Of a DNA stretch of 64,000 bases, positions 34,624 to 43,489 are shown one piece after another. The notes under the pieces were generated by a model that ran no database searches, was not told the origin of the DNA, and saw only the letters and a list, made by a program, of their open reading frames with translations. Each line of letters starts with the position of its first letter. Position 1 is the first letter of the stretch. A program made the translations under genes and the position numbers. The stretch comes from a virus (lineage: Duplodnaviria > Caudoviricetes), in the IMG/VR virus record IMGVR_UViG_3300026493_000002; one strand, 5' to 3'.

Positions 34624-36684
34624 TTAGAAGGTGATCTTCAACTGGCGGTTGAACGAACCGCTGACCTTGACGATCACGGAGTCGCGCTTGGTGCTGCTGA
34701 ACCCGAAGCCCGACAGCTGTTCGCCGCCCGCCTCGGTCTTCATCTTGGAACCCAGGACCTCGAACACCTTGCGATGCTCGTTCAGGCGGCCGTCCAGGAA
34801 CTCGTTGAAGAAGCCACGAACCGGCTGCTCGTTGTTGGCACCTTCGACGATGAAGAAGTAGTGCTTGTTGCCGGTCGGCTCTTCGCCATCCCAGTGGTTC
34901 GGGCTGAGCATCAGCAGCTTGACCTTGTGGAACTCGCCGGTCGCCATGCCCCACACGTCGCGCGACAGGGACGAATGCGGCAGCGAGCTACCCCACGTGA
35001 TCTTGCCGTCCTGGACCGTGAACTTGGCGACAGGCACCATGCGATTGGTCGGGATGGCATTCGGGTAGGCGAACTTGCGCACGTCACCCAAGAAGTCGAT
35101 TTCAACCTCGAAGCCAACGTTGTCACGCTCACGCGAGGAGTACTGGTGCACCGCGAGTTCGTACTCACCGTTGACCAGCTTGCTGGCCTTCGGGAAGAAG
35201 ATGTTTTCGACGGGCTCACGCGTGGTGCCAGAGCCGGCATTCATATCGACGTCCAGCTGGCCGCCAGTGGCGTACTGGTGCTTGTTGCCGAAGTAGATGT
35301 GGCCAGCCGGCGACTTGAGGTGCAGGTCCAGATCGTCGTGGTTGTGCCATGCGAGACGGCAGCACAGATCACCGGTCACATTGCCACCAGCCTGCTTGAC
35401 GCGCTCCTTGATGCCGTCAGCCACGTCGCCGTTGTAGGCCCAGCTAAACCCGTTGCTCCAGCGGAACAGCTGGCCAGCAGTGGGATCGGCAGGCGCAACC
35501 AGCGTCATCAGGTTGCCCGTCTTCTCGCCATCGAAGAGGACTTCCATCGTTTCGATGTTCGGCAGCACGTCAGCCAGGAACTTCTCGATGGTGATTTCTT
35601 CGACCTTGTCGGTGCTGCGCTTGGCGACCTTGGTCGGCTTGAGCGCGTCGAAGGCATCCGGGTTGATCTTGCGCTTGGCGCTGCGGTCGGCGAACAGGAT
35701 GTTCGGCAGCTTGAGGTCAGTGACGACAGCCAGACGACGCTCCAGTGCGGACGTCAGGCCGAGCTCGGTCACCTTCTTCTGCGCGTTCTCGATCTGGGCC
35801 TTGGTGATCAGGGACTTCGGACGGCGGTAGTTCGCGGGGGCGACCATCGCCTCGAAGGCCTTGACCGATTCTTCCAGGTCCTTGTCTTCGCTCAGGTTTA
35901 CGATCAGCGAACCGATCGCGGAGTTGCGCAGGCCGGCGACAGCCATCGGCGTCTGCTGCAGGATCGACCACACGTAGTTCACTTCGGCTTCGGGCGGCAG
36001 CTTGTCGAACTTCTCCAGCAGCAGATCGAATGCGACCACGTTGTGCTTGTGTTCTTCGCCGCGATACAGGCTGCCCTGCTCGATCAGTTCCAGCACGGTG
36101 TCAACCGCATCGGACTTGATTTCCCGCAGCGCGCGCAGCAACACCTGATGCTTGGTACGCAGCGCGCCCAGGGTGGAGTCGCGGTCCGCGTGCGAGACTT
36201 GGTAGCGACGGTCGACGTTGACGTGGTAGTGTTCCCAACGCTCGACTGCGCCGTCGATGTAATCGCCGACGGTGACCGAGGCACCGAAACGGGCTTCGGT
36301 CGTCAGGAAAGGCTCGAAGACTGCCAGCGACTTGACGAACTTCGACAGGGCTTCACACACCTGATCGTAGGCATCGTCACCTGTGCGGATATCCCACACG
36401 GACGTCATAGAGCCGTCAGCCTCGATGGCGACAACGCCGCCGATGTTGCGGATCACGTTGCGGCAGCAGGCGCAGTCGTGCTGCGTGCGCTTGCGGAAGA
36501 TCGGATTGGTGCCGGCCGGGAACGCTTCGAGGTACGTGTTCCAGATGCGGTAACGGAAGCTGTCTTCCGTCTGCTGCGCACCCGACACGTCCACGCGGAA
36601 CAACGGCTTGGTCTGCATCGCAGCCCACTGCTTGCTCACGGCCTTCTGGATCTTGGAGAAGTCCAGGTCAACAATCTCGTTCAT
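34624..36684 (-). CDS. Large conserved-type phage protein with YfaP/DUF2135-like domain
   Basis: HDCACCR near the N-terminus; W...DDLDLH...P...LDVDMN...PVENI...G.Y.L.VHQY near the C-terminus. Confidence 0.75.
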   Translation of the reverse strand: MNEIVDLDFSKIQKAVSKQWAAMQTKPLFRVDVSGAQQTEDSFRYRIWNTYLEAFPAGTNPIFRKRTQHDCACCRNVIRNIGGVVAIEADGSMTSVWDIRTGDDAYDQVCEALSKFVKSLAVFEPFLTTEARFGASVTVGDYIDGAVERWEHYHVNVDRRYQVSHADRDSTLGALRTKHQVLLRALREIKSDAVDTVLELIEQGSLYRGEEHKHNVVAFDLLLEKFDKLPPEAEVNYVWSILQQTPMAVAGLRNSAIGSLIVNLSEDKDLEESVKAFEAMVAPANYRRPKSLITKAQIENAQKKVTELGLTSALERRLAVVTDLKLPNILFADRSAKRKINPDAFDALKPTKVAKRSTDKVEEITIEKFLADVLPNIETMEVLFDGEKTGNLMTLVAPADPTAGQLFRWSNGFSWAYNGDVADGIKERVKQAGGNVTGDLCCRLAWHNHDDLDLHLKSPAGHIYFGNKHQYATGGQLDVDMNAGSGTTREPVENIFFPKASKLVNGEYELAVHQYSSRERDNVGFEVEIDFLGDVRKFAYPNAIPTNRMVPVAKFTVQDGKITWGSSLPHSSLSRDVWGMATGEFHKVKLLMLSPNHWDGEEPTGNKHYFFIVEGANNEQPVRGFFNEFLDGRLNEHRKVFEVLGSKMKTEAGGEQLSGFGFSSTKRDSVIVKVSGSFNRQLKITF

Positions 36685-36724
36685 CGAATATCCTCTTTGT
36701 AGACTGAGTGGTACTGCTAGGTGT

Positions 36725-36732
36725 CTTTACAG
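36725..36732 (-). promoter_or_regulatory. Putative middle promoter motif CTGTAAAG
   Basis: About 40 nt upstream of the 686-aa gene; recurring motif. Confidence 0.5.
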
Positions 36733-36978
36733 CTTCTTGCGGCGCGTGCGCTCGGGTTTCTTGGGTTCGGCCCGAGCGCCTGCGATTTCGATTTCCTCTT
36801 TCGAGGCCGGGACCTCCTTGCCGGCACAACGTCCGGCAAGTGGTACCCATCGGTAGTTCATGACTCGCCCGTACCAGGTGTCCGAGTAGATCACCTGGAC
36901 CTTCTTGCAGTGAACACATTGACGACGCCTGTTGCCGAGCAATCGCGCAGGCGGGTGATCTTCCCAGGCGTGTCTCAT
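36727..36978 (-). CDS. Hypothetical small protein
   Basis: 83 aa with CVHC; start abuts the gyrA stop. Confidence 0.6.
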   Translation of the reverse strand: MRHAWEDHPPARLLGNRRRQCVHCKKVQVIYSDTWYGRVMNYRWVPLAGRCAGKEVPASKEEIEIAGARAEPKKPERTRRKKL

Positions 36979-36982
36979 GTGG

Positions 36983-38524
36983 TCAGTCCTTGAAGAATGG
37001 GCGGAAGTCGTCCAGCTGTTTGATCAGGTAGCCCATCGGCTTCTTCATGCGCTTCTCCAAGCCGCTCTTGTTCTTCTCAACCTTCTTGCGATCGGCCAAG
37101 AGGTCGTTGCGGCTCATGTTGCGCAGGCTGATGATCGGGCGGCCGAGGACATACTTCGCGTCCTCAACTTCGACCTTGGCCTTCTTGGCGTAAACCCGAT
37201 AGACCTCGTCGTTGGTCTTGAGCTTCTTGTCCTTGAGGATCTTCATGATGAAGTCGATCAAGTCCACTGCCTGAATCAGCAGCGAGAGGCGGTGAATCTC
37301 CTTCTCGTCCTGCTTGATCCAGTAGGCGCAGGCCTTCTTCTCCAACGACACACGCCACTTCACCCACAGCGTGAGGACCTTGGGTAGGGTCATCGCCTTC
37401 ATCTTGGCGGCGGCCTGGCCCGTCTCGTCCTTGTAACGGCGGGTGAAGTTCAGCACGTAGCTTTCACGTGCGGTCATGATCGCCTTGCACTTCTCGATCA
37501 GGCGCTGCAGGCGGTTGTCAGCCTGCTTCTTGAACACCACGACCATCTTGCCGTAACGGTCCTTGGTGTCCGAGTCGTCCATCACGGTCTGCACGCCGTC
37601 GAAGGCCGCGATCTTCTCCAGAGCCTTGAGCATACTGGAGTAGGCGAACGTGGTGAACGTCAGCGTGCGCTTCTTCTCGTCGTAGTGCGACTCGGAGTGC
37701 AGTTCAACACGGCCACGCTTGGTCGAGAACAGAGCCTTGCGGTGTTCGTCGTTCTTGCCCGTCTCGCGTCCGCCGTAGGTACCGACAACCCGAAGCGTCT
37801 TCGCCAGCAGCTTGGGCGTGAGCTCCTCACCGTTGTATGCCGCCTCGAGGACCTTCAACACGGTTTTGCCGTCGAAGGATGGGATGTTCGCAGTCGCACC
37901 AGGCGCGATGCCGAAGCGGCCGTTGAGGAACAGCAGCGGGATCAGCGCAGGCAGCGTCAGCGGCTCGACGTCCTTGGAGTCGTAGTTCGGCACCATCTCC
38001 ATGACCGGCAGATAGAACTTGTCGAACAGCACGGCATCCGCAAACTTGGACAAGCGAGCTTCGGTGTATCGCATTGCTGCGTAGCCAGGCTCGGACAACG
38101 AACCCCAGTTGCCTTCACCGTCGACCAACGCATGGCAGGTGTTGTTGACCTTGCCTTCGTTGTTCGCCATGCCGACCATGGCGCCGTAGATCGCGCTGTC
38201 ACCGTGCGGGTGGAAGCGGCCCATGGCGTCACCGACGATACGCGCAGCCTTCATGTGAGGCTTGTTGCTGTGCGTGCCGAGTTCGTGCGCGGCCCAGAGG
38301 ATGCGACGATTCACCGGGTTCATGCCGTCACGGTAATCCGGGATGGCACGATCTTCCAGCACTGCGTTGCCGTATCGTTCGTAGGAGGAGACGCTGAAAT
38401 CCTCCAGCGACTGCTCGATGACGGCAACCGCGATCTTGGCCGGCGGGCCCGAACTGACCTCGCCCTTCTTGCCGCGCTTCACTCGGGGCTTCTTGTCTTC
38501 TTTGGTTTTCTTTGCCATCGTCAT
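36983..38524 (-). CDS. gyrA: Type IIA topoisomerase subunit A (GyrA/ParC-like), no C-terminal pinwheel domain
   Basis: IPDYRDGMNPVNRRIL, HPHGDSAIY, AAMRYTEARL (catalytic Tyr). Confidence 0.95.
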   Translation of the reverse strand: MTMAKKTKEDKKPRVKRGKKGEVSSGPPAKIAVAVIEQSLEDFSVSSYERYGNAVLEDRAIPDYRDGMNPVNRRILWAAHELGTHSNKPHMKAARIVGDAMGRFHPHGDSAIYGAMVGMANNEGKVNNTCHALVDGEGNWGSLSEPGYAAMRYTEARLSKFADAVLFDKFYLPVMEMVPNYDSKDVEPLTLPALIPLLFLNGRFGIAPGATANIPSFDGKTVLKVLEAAYNGEELTPKLLAKTLRVVGTYGGRETGKNDEHRKALFSTKRGRVELHSESHYDEKKRTLTFTTFAYSSMLKALEKIAAFDGVQTVMDDSDTKDRYGKMVVVFKKQADNRLQRLIEKCKAIMTARESYVLNFTRRYKDETGQAAAKMKAMTLPKVLTLWVKWRVSLEKKACAYWIKQDEKEIHRLSLLIQAVDLIDFIMKILKDKKLKTNDEVYRVYAKKAKVEVEDAKYVLGRPIISLRNMSRNDLLADRKKVEKNKSGLEKRMKKPMGYLIKQLDDFRPFFKD

Positions 38525-40461
38525 TCAACCCCGAACAGAACTTTGCGGAAGGCGGGACTCGGTCCGAGCAACTGCTCGAATGCCTTGCGACCCTTTGCCT
38601 CCGCGTCGATGATGCGAATGAGCGTGCGCTCGTTCGGACGCATGGCGATACCGAGGTCGTCGGGATTGATTTCACCCCAACCCTTCAAGTACGTCATGTC
38701 CACCTTGGCGCCGCCCACCTTCTTGGTGACTTCTTCCTGCGTCATGCCGAAGTACACCACGCCCTTGTGCTTGGCCTTGAACAGCGGGCTGCGCACTGCG
38801 TACACACGACCATCGCGGAGCAGCTGCGGCATGAACCGGAACAGGATCGCGAGGATCAAGGTGTCGATGTGGCTGCCGTCAACGTCTGCGTCGGTCATCA
38901 GGATGATGCGACCGTACGCGGGTTCAGCGTTGGCCTTCTTGCCGCTCAGGTCCACGCCGAGTGCAGCCAGCAGGCCCACGACTTCGGCATTCGCATTGAC
39001 CTTGTCCTTCTTGGCAGCAAGCACGTTCAGCGGCTTACCGCGAAGAGGGTACACAGCCTGGAACGACTTGTCGCGCTTCTGCTTGGCGCCGCCGCCTGCC
39101 GAGTCACCCTCGACGATCAGCAACTCGCGGTCCTCGATAGGCACGCGCCCGACAATGCCAGCCAACTTGGTGATCAGGCCCTTGCCAGCAGCCTTGACGT
39201 TCTTCACCAGCTTCTTGTCCTTGAGGAAGTCGGACGTCTTGGAGCGCAGCAGGGTGGCGCGTGCGATCAGGTCGCGAGCCATACCCTTGTTCTTGGTCCA
39301 GAACTCGGTGAACTGCTCACTGAACTGCGGGTACGCAACTTCGTACACGCGGTTGTCGACCAGCTTGTCCTTCGGCTGGTTGTTGAACATGGGTGCGGCG
39401 ATCTTGTAGTTCACCAGACCCATCAGACCGTCACACAGGTCCTTCTGGGTGAATGCCGGGCCGTCAGACTTCTTGCCCTTGCGCTTCGACTTGCCCTTGC
39501 CGCGAGCCTTGGCCTTCTGGGCCTTGGCTTTCTCCTTCTCCTTGACGCCAGAGAAGTCGACCAGGGTATCGTACAGCGCCTTCTGGAGTGCGCGCGTATG
39601 CTCACCACCGTCCTTGTTGAACAGGCCGTTGGTGTACGCCTGCACGAGGTCACTGCCTTCGGCGTCAGTAAACCCGATCGCCACGTCGGCTTCCTTCGTG
39701 CTGAACACGATGGGCTTGCCGGTGATCGTTGCCTTCACCTGCTCGATTTCGTAGGCGAGGAACTCCTGCGGGCCGGCAGTCTTGAAGGTCTTGGTCTTGC
39801 CGTCGGCCTTGGTGAACTTCACCTCGAGGCCCTTGACCAAGTACGAGGTCAGTCGGCACCATTCCAGCGCGCGCCTCGTACCCATCTTGGCGCCCTTCTG
39901 GAAGAGCGTCATATCGGGTTCGAGCATCACGACCGTGCCCTTCTTGGGCTTGATGCCGTGCGGCATCTTCGGTGCTTTGGTCTTGTACGGCGCCTTTGCC
40001 AGCTTGGCGTCCTTGTACTCGATTGCCCACCACTGACCCTTGCGGAACGTCCACACGGTGAAGCGCTTGGCCATGGCGTTCGTCGCCTTGATGCCAATGC
40101 CGTGCGTGCCTCGGCTGATCTGGTCGCTATCGAAGTTGGAGCCGCCGTGGGTCAAACCCGTGACGACGTACAGCTTGGACAGCTTCTCGCTCTTGCCGTG
40201 TTCGTTCTCGAAGGTGTCGTGATCGACCGGGATACCTTCACCGGCGTCAAGCACCCAGTAGATGCCCGGCTTGGAATCTTCGATCAGGTGTACCAGCTTG
40301 TTCTCACCACGCAGTGCGCCGTCAACGCAGTTATCTGCGGGTTCGCGCCAGCAGGTCCAGAGACCATCACTGTCGGGTGCGCCGATATATGGAGTCGGCT
40401 TTTTCCTGATGCCGAGAAGTCCCGCGAATCGCTGGATCTTCGGTGCAGTCTTTTTGGCCAT
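38521..40461 (-). CDS. gyrB: Type IIA topoisomerase subunit B (GyrB/ParE-like)
   Basis: GHKL motifs EPADNCVD, DAGEGIP, GTHGIG; TOPRIM motifs EGDSA, PLRGK, TDADVDG. Confidence 0.95.
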   Translation of the reverse strand: MAKKTAPKIQRFAGLLGIRKKPTPYIGAPDSDGLWTCWREPADNCVDGALRGENKLVHLIEDSKPGIYWVLDAGEGIPVDHDTFENEHGKSEKLSKLYVVTGLTHGGSNFDSDQISRGTHGIGIKATNAMAKRFTVWTFRKGQWWAIEYKDAKLAKAPYKTKAPKMPHGIKPKKGTVVMLEPDMTLFQKGAKMGTRRALEWCRLTSYLVKGLEVKFTKADGKTKTFKTAGPQEFLAYEIEQVKATITGKPIVFSTKEADVAIGFTDAEGSDLVQAYTNGLFNKDGGEHTRALQKALYDTLVDFSGVKEKEKAKAQKAKARGKGKSKRKGKKSDGPAFTQKDLCDGLMGLVNYKIAAPMFNNQPKDKLVDNRVYEVAYPQFSEQFTEFWTKNKGMARDLIARATLLRSKTSDFLKDKKLVKNVKAAGKGLITKLAGIVGRVPIEDRELLIVEGDSAGGGAKQKRDKSFQAVYPLRGKPLNVLAAKKDKVNANAEVVGLLAALGVDLSGKKANAEPAYGRIILMTDADVDGSHIDTLILAILFRFMPQLLRDGRVYAVRSPLFKAKHKGVVYFGMTQEEVTKKVGGAKVDMTYLKGWGEINPDDLGIAMRPNERTLIRIIDAEAKGRKAFEQLLGPSPAFRKVLFGVE

Positions 40462-40489
40462 GATATGTCACTGTGATAGGAGAGTGCCC

Positions 40490-40610
40490 TGCCCACATGG
40501 GGCTGGTCAAACCCGATGTGGGCAAGACACGCGGACAGGATGTATAACGCAATGAACGCTCCGCAACACACTGGAAGCGGAGCGTTCATCATGCCGAGGC
40601 TAAGCTCGGC
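40490..40610. other. Three tandem intergenic hairpins, the first containing a TCAAACCCGA box
   Basis: Stems at 40490-40524, 40552-40589 (13 bp perfect) and 40593-40610. Confidence 0.7.
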
Positions 40611-40626
40611 GGCCGGCATTCAGCGA

Positions 40627-41001
40627 TCAGTCGGCGTCGACCGGGCGCTTCTTCTTCTTGCCGTCCTTGGACTTCTTGCCCTTCTTCTTGAGCTTGTCCT
40701 TGTTCTTCGACTTCTTGGCCTTCGGCGCTTCGTCTTCGTCGCCGTCGTCTTCGTCGGCGGCCGGCTTCGACTTCTTGGCCTTGGCGGTCTTCTCGGTCTT
40801 CGACTTCTTGCCAGCCTTCTTGCTGGACTTGGCCGGCTTGGCAGCCTTCTTGGCGGTCTTCTTCGCGGCCGGGGCGGCGTCGGCGCCTTCCAGGGCAGCG
40901 GTCAGAGCTTCATTGGCGGCATCGACGGTTTCGACGGCCTTGGCCAGGGCCTTCTGGGCAGCTTCGACGGCCTTGGCGGCCTTCTTGAGTTCACGGGACA
41001 T
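40627..41001 (-). CDS. Histone H1-like Lys/Ala-rich protein
   Basis: AKKTAKKAAKPAK-type repeats after a short coiled coil; start MSRELK. Confidence 0.75.
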   Translation of the reverse strand: MSRELKKAAKAVEAAQKALAKAVETVDAANEALTAALEGADAAPAAKKTAKKAAKPAKSSKKAGKKSKTEKTAKAKKSKPAADEDDGDEDEAPKAKKSKNKDKLKKKGKKSKDGKKKKRPVDAD

Positions 41002-41070
41002 TTCTAATACCTCGATAACAGGGTTGTTGGATATGGGTGTGTGTAACATGGTGGAGCGGTGTTGCAACGA

Positions 41071-41094
41071 ACAGGGCTCGGGTTTGAGCCCTGT
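41071..41094 (-). other. 9-bp hairpin whose loop is the AAACCC core of the dispersed box
   Basis: ACAGGGCTC-AAACCC-GAGCCCTGT. Confidence 0.75.
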
Positions 41095-41120
41095 CCGATC
41101 AGGCGCCGGCTGGCAGACGA

Positions 41121-42257
41121 TTACTCGTCGTCGCCGTCGTCTTCATCTTCGTCTTCGTCTTCCCAGTCGCCGTCTTCGTCCTCGTCTTCGTCGTCCGAAT
41201 CGGAGTCATCGTCGTCGCCGTCGTCCTCGTCTTCATCTTCGTCGTCCGAGTCGTCCTCGTCTTCGTCGTCGGAGTCCGAATCATCTTCGTCCTCGTCATC
41301 CGAATCGGAGTCATCATCCTCGTCCTCGTCTTCGTCGTCCGAGTCGTCGTCGGAGTCCGAATCATCTTCGTCCTCGTCCTCATCCTCGTCTTCGTCGCCG
41401 TCTTCGTCGGAATCTTCGTCCTCGTCTTCGTCGTCCGAGTCGTCTTCATCCTCGTCTTCGTCGCCGTCGTCTTCGTCCTCGTCATCCGAGTCGTCTTCGT
41501 CGGCGGCCGCAGCCTTCTTGGCCTTGCCGGCCTTGCCCTTCGGAGCCGGCTCGGCGCCGTCGTCGTCCTGGGCCACGATCTGCACTTCGACGCCGGCGGC
41601 GCGGGTGTTGATGGTGATGACTTCGCCGTCGGTGGTGGTCACGGTGATCAGGCCGTTCTCGCCCTCGACCACGGTGCCCTCGAAGGCGCTGGCGGCGATG
41701 GTGCGCTTGACGACCACGGTCGCTTCTTCGCCGGCTTCACCCTTGACGACCAGCACGCGGCTGCGAGCGAAGCGCGACACCACGAACTTGTTGCTGCGTT
41801 CCTTCTTGTGGCGCAGGCTGATGAACTCGCCATCGGCCGACGACAGCAGGGTGCCCTGGATTTCGACGACGGTATCGGCCAGCAGCGTCACGTTGAACAG
41901 CAGCTGGTCGGCGCCGACGCTGCCCTTCTTGCCCTTGCGTGCCTTCGGAGCCGGAGCAGCCTTGGCGCCACGCTTGGTCTTGGTCACCTTCTCGGCCTTG
42001 GCAGCAGCGCGCTTCTGCGCACGGGTCTGCTTCGGAGCCTTCTCGGCCTTGGCGCCGCGCTTGGCCTTCGGAGCAGCCTTCGCCTTGGTCGCCTTCGCAG
42101 CCTTCGCAGCCTTGCCGCGCGGTGCCTTGGTCTTGGCAGCAGCCTTGGCGCCGCGTGCGGTCTTCTTCTCGGTGGCCTTCTTGGTGGTGCGGGCGGTCTT
42201 CTTCTTGTCCGCAGCCTTGGTCTTCTTGGCGGTGGTCTTCTTGGTCGAACGTGCCAT
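41121..42257 (-). CDS. Tripartite protein: H1-like basic arm, beta-rich core, about 125-residue Asp/Glu tail
   Basis: Composition directly visible in the 378-aa translation. Confidence 0.8.
   Translation of the reverse strand: MARSTKKTTAKKTKAADKKKTARTTKKATEKKTARGAKAAAKTKAPRGKAAKAAKATKAKAAPKAKRGAKAEKAPKQTRAQKRAAAKAEKVTKTKRGAKAAPAPKARKGKKGSVGADQLLFNVTLLADTVVEIQGTLLSSADGEFISLRHKKERSNKFVVSRFARSRVLVVKGEAGEEATVVVKRTIAASAFEGTVVEGENGLITVTTTDGEVITINTRAAGVEVQIVAQDDDGAEPAPKGKAGKAKKAAAADEDDSDDEDEDDGDEDEDEDDSDDEDEDEDSDEDGDEDEDEDEDEDDSDSDDDSDDEDEDEDDDSDSDDEDEDDSDSDDEDEDDSDDEDEDEDDGDDDDSDSDDEDEDEDGDWEDEDEDEDDGDDE
41124..41502 (-). repeat. Degenerate coding tandem repeat (poly-D/E)
   Basis: Reiterated GACGAAGAC/GAGGAC/TCGGAC units encoding DEDEDDSD. 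Confidence 0.85.
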
Positions 42258-42331
42258 GGTGTAGCGTCTCCGTTGTGAGATTTGTTGCGAAATTGGGTTC
42301 AGGGTATTGCAGTGTTGCTGTTACACGGAAT

Positions 42332-42339
42332 CTTTACAG
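42332..42339 (-). promoter_or_regulatory. Putative middle promoter motif CTGTAAAG
   Basis: Intergenic; here inside the palindrome GGAATCT-GTAA-AGATTCC. Confidence 0.5.
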
Positions 42340-42355
42340 ATTCCAGATTGGGCGA

Positions 42356-43420
42356 TTATTCCTCGCCCTCTTCCTCGCCCGAATCTTCTTCCGGCAGGAT
42401 GGACATGAGGAACATATCGCCGTGCTTCGGCAGCAGCAGTTCCTCGACGCCCGACTTGGACGGCGGCACCCAGTCGGCGCTGCTCTTCTGGGCAGCCTGC
42501 ACCAGGTCGTGGCGGTCGTACAGGTCGAACGACTCGCGCTCGTTCAGGTTGTTCAGCAGGTCAACGAACTTGCCGTCGGCCAGGCTGTTGCCACGCAGGG
42601 CGACACCGAAGATGACCAGCGGCGCGTAACCCGCGTCTTCCTCGAACTTGGCAGCGACCTGCTCCAGGTAGTTGATGACCTGGCCGACAGCGTTGTCCAG
42701 TTCGCCAGCGGCGTACAGGCTACCAGCGTTGACCGTCAGGTTGACGAACACGTTGCTGGTGATGCCGGCGTCGGCGTCAGCCGCCATGTTCAGCGCGGCC
42801 GAATCGGTGTTGGCCCAGGAGGTAACGCGGATCAGATCGGAGAACAGCAGCGGCTGGCTCGGGTTCGGATCTTCCGAGTCGGCCAGCAGGAACGCGTGGT
42901 CAGCCGGCAGGCCGAGCGCGGTCTGCACGCGGTTCTGGAGTTCGACAGCCAGCTTGCGCATCAGGGCGACCTGATCGCTACGCTTGCCCAGGTACACGAC
43001 GTTCTGGCCTTCCAGTTCGGCGGCGATGTTGAACACCGACGACATGGCGTTGCGCAGCAGACCGCGTGCAGCTTCCGGATCCTTGGCCTTGACCTTCTTG
43101 TTCACCGGACGGAACGGGTTGAACAGGTTGGAGTTCTCGTGGCCTTCGATTTCGACCTTCTCCAGGATCGACTTGAACGTTGCGTTGTTCTCCTCGAAAC
43201 GCTCGAAGTTGGTCAGGTCGAGGGTGATGATGACGCCGACCGACAGCTTGTTCAGGCTGACCTGGGCGTTCTCGGTCTTGGTCAGGACCTTGGCATCAGC
43301 CGGCTTGGCTTCGGTGACTTCGGCGCCCGGCTGCGTTTCGATACGCACCTTCTCGGGGGAGGCTGCGACCTGCTGCATCTTCACCTTCTCGGCGGTGGGG
43401 ATGGGATTCTCGTTCGACAT
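42356..43420 (-). CDS. Hypothetical acidic protein
   Basis: 354 aa, strong codon bias, AGGAG RBS. Confidence 0.8.
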   Translation of the reverse strand: MSNENPIPTAEKVKMQQVAASPEKVRIETQPGAEVTEAKPADAKVLTKTENAQVSLNKLSVGVIITLDLTNFERFEENNATFKSILEKVEIEGHENSNLFNPFRPVNKKVKAKDPEAARGLLRNAMSSVFNIAAELEGQNVVYLGKRSDQVALMRKLAVELQNRVQTALGLPADHAFLLADSEDPNPSQPLLFSDLIRVTSWANTDSAALNMAADADAGITSNVFVNLTVNAGSLYAAGELDNAVGQVINYLEQVAAKFEEDAGYAPLVIFGVALRGNSLADGKFVDLLNNLNERESFDLYDRHDLVQAAQKSSADWVPPSKSGVEELLLPKHGDMFLMSILPEEDSGEEEGEE

Positions 43421-43489
43421 GGTTGTAACTCCTGCGTCAGTGACTTTGTTGTCGTGTGAACTGCGTTGTTGTGTGGATGAAGCGGTGAA

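Noticed and set aside
40152-40160. TCAAACCCG copy inside gyrB, and near-copies at 36750 and about 48970
   Set aside because: Explained by codons, unpaired, no promoter nearby
9000-40476. Very long plus-strand ORFs (e.g. 9000-11174, 13506-15455, 17290-19221, 21723-23891, 34774-36702, 38512-40476)
   Set aside because: Each mirrors a minus-strand gene with recognisable motifs; stop-free antisense frames are expected with strong GC3 bias; translations show no family motifs
40541-40566. Sigma70 promoter for gyrB (TATACA with TTGCGG)
   Set aside because: Spacer only 14 nt and no extended -10
41124-41502. Repetitive DNA resembling a CRISPR or satellite array (also 10100-10760)
   Set aside because: In-frame codon repeats for D/E/S with no constant repeat and unique spacer structure
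42327-42344. CTGTAAAG as a GUAA tetraloop RNA hairpin family
   Set aside because: Only this copy (7 bp) and weakly 19202 have stems; the others pair 2 bp, so a linear motif fits better
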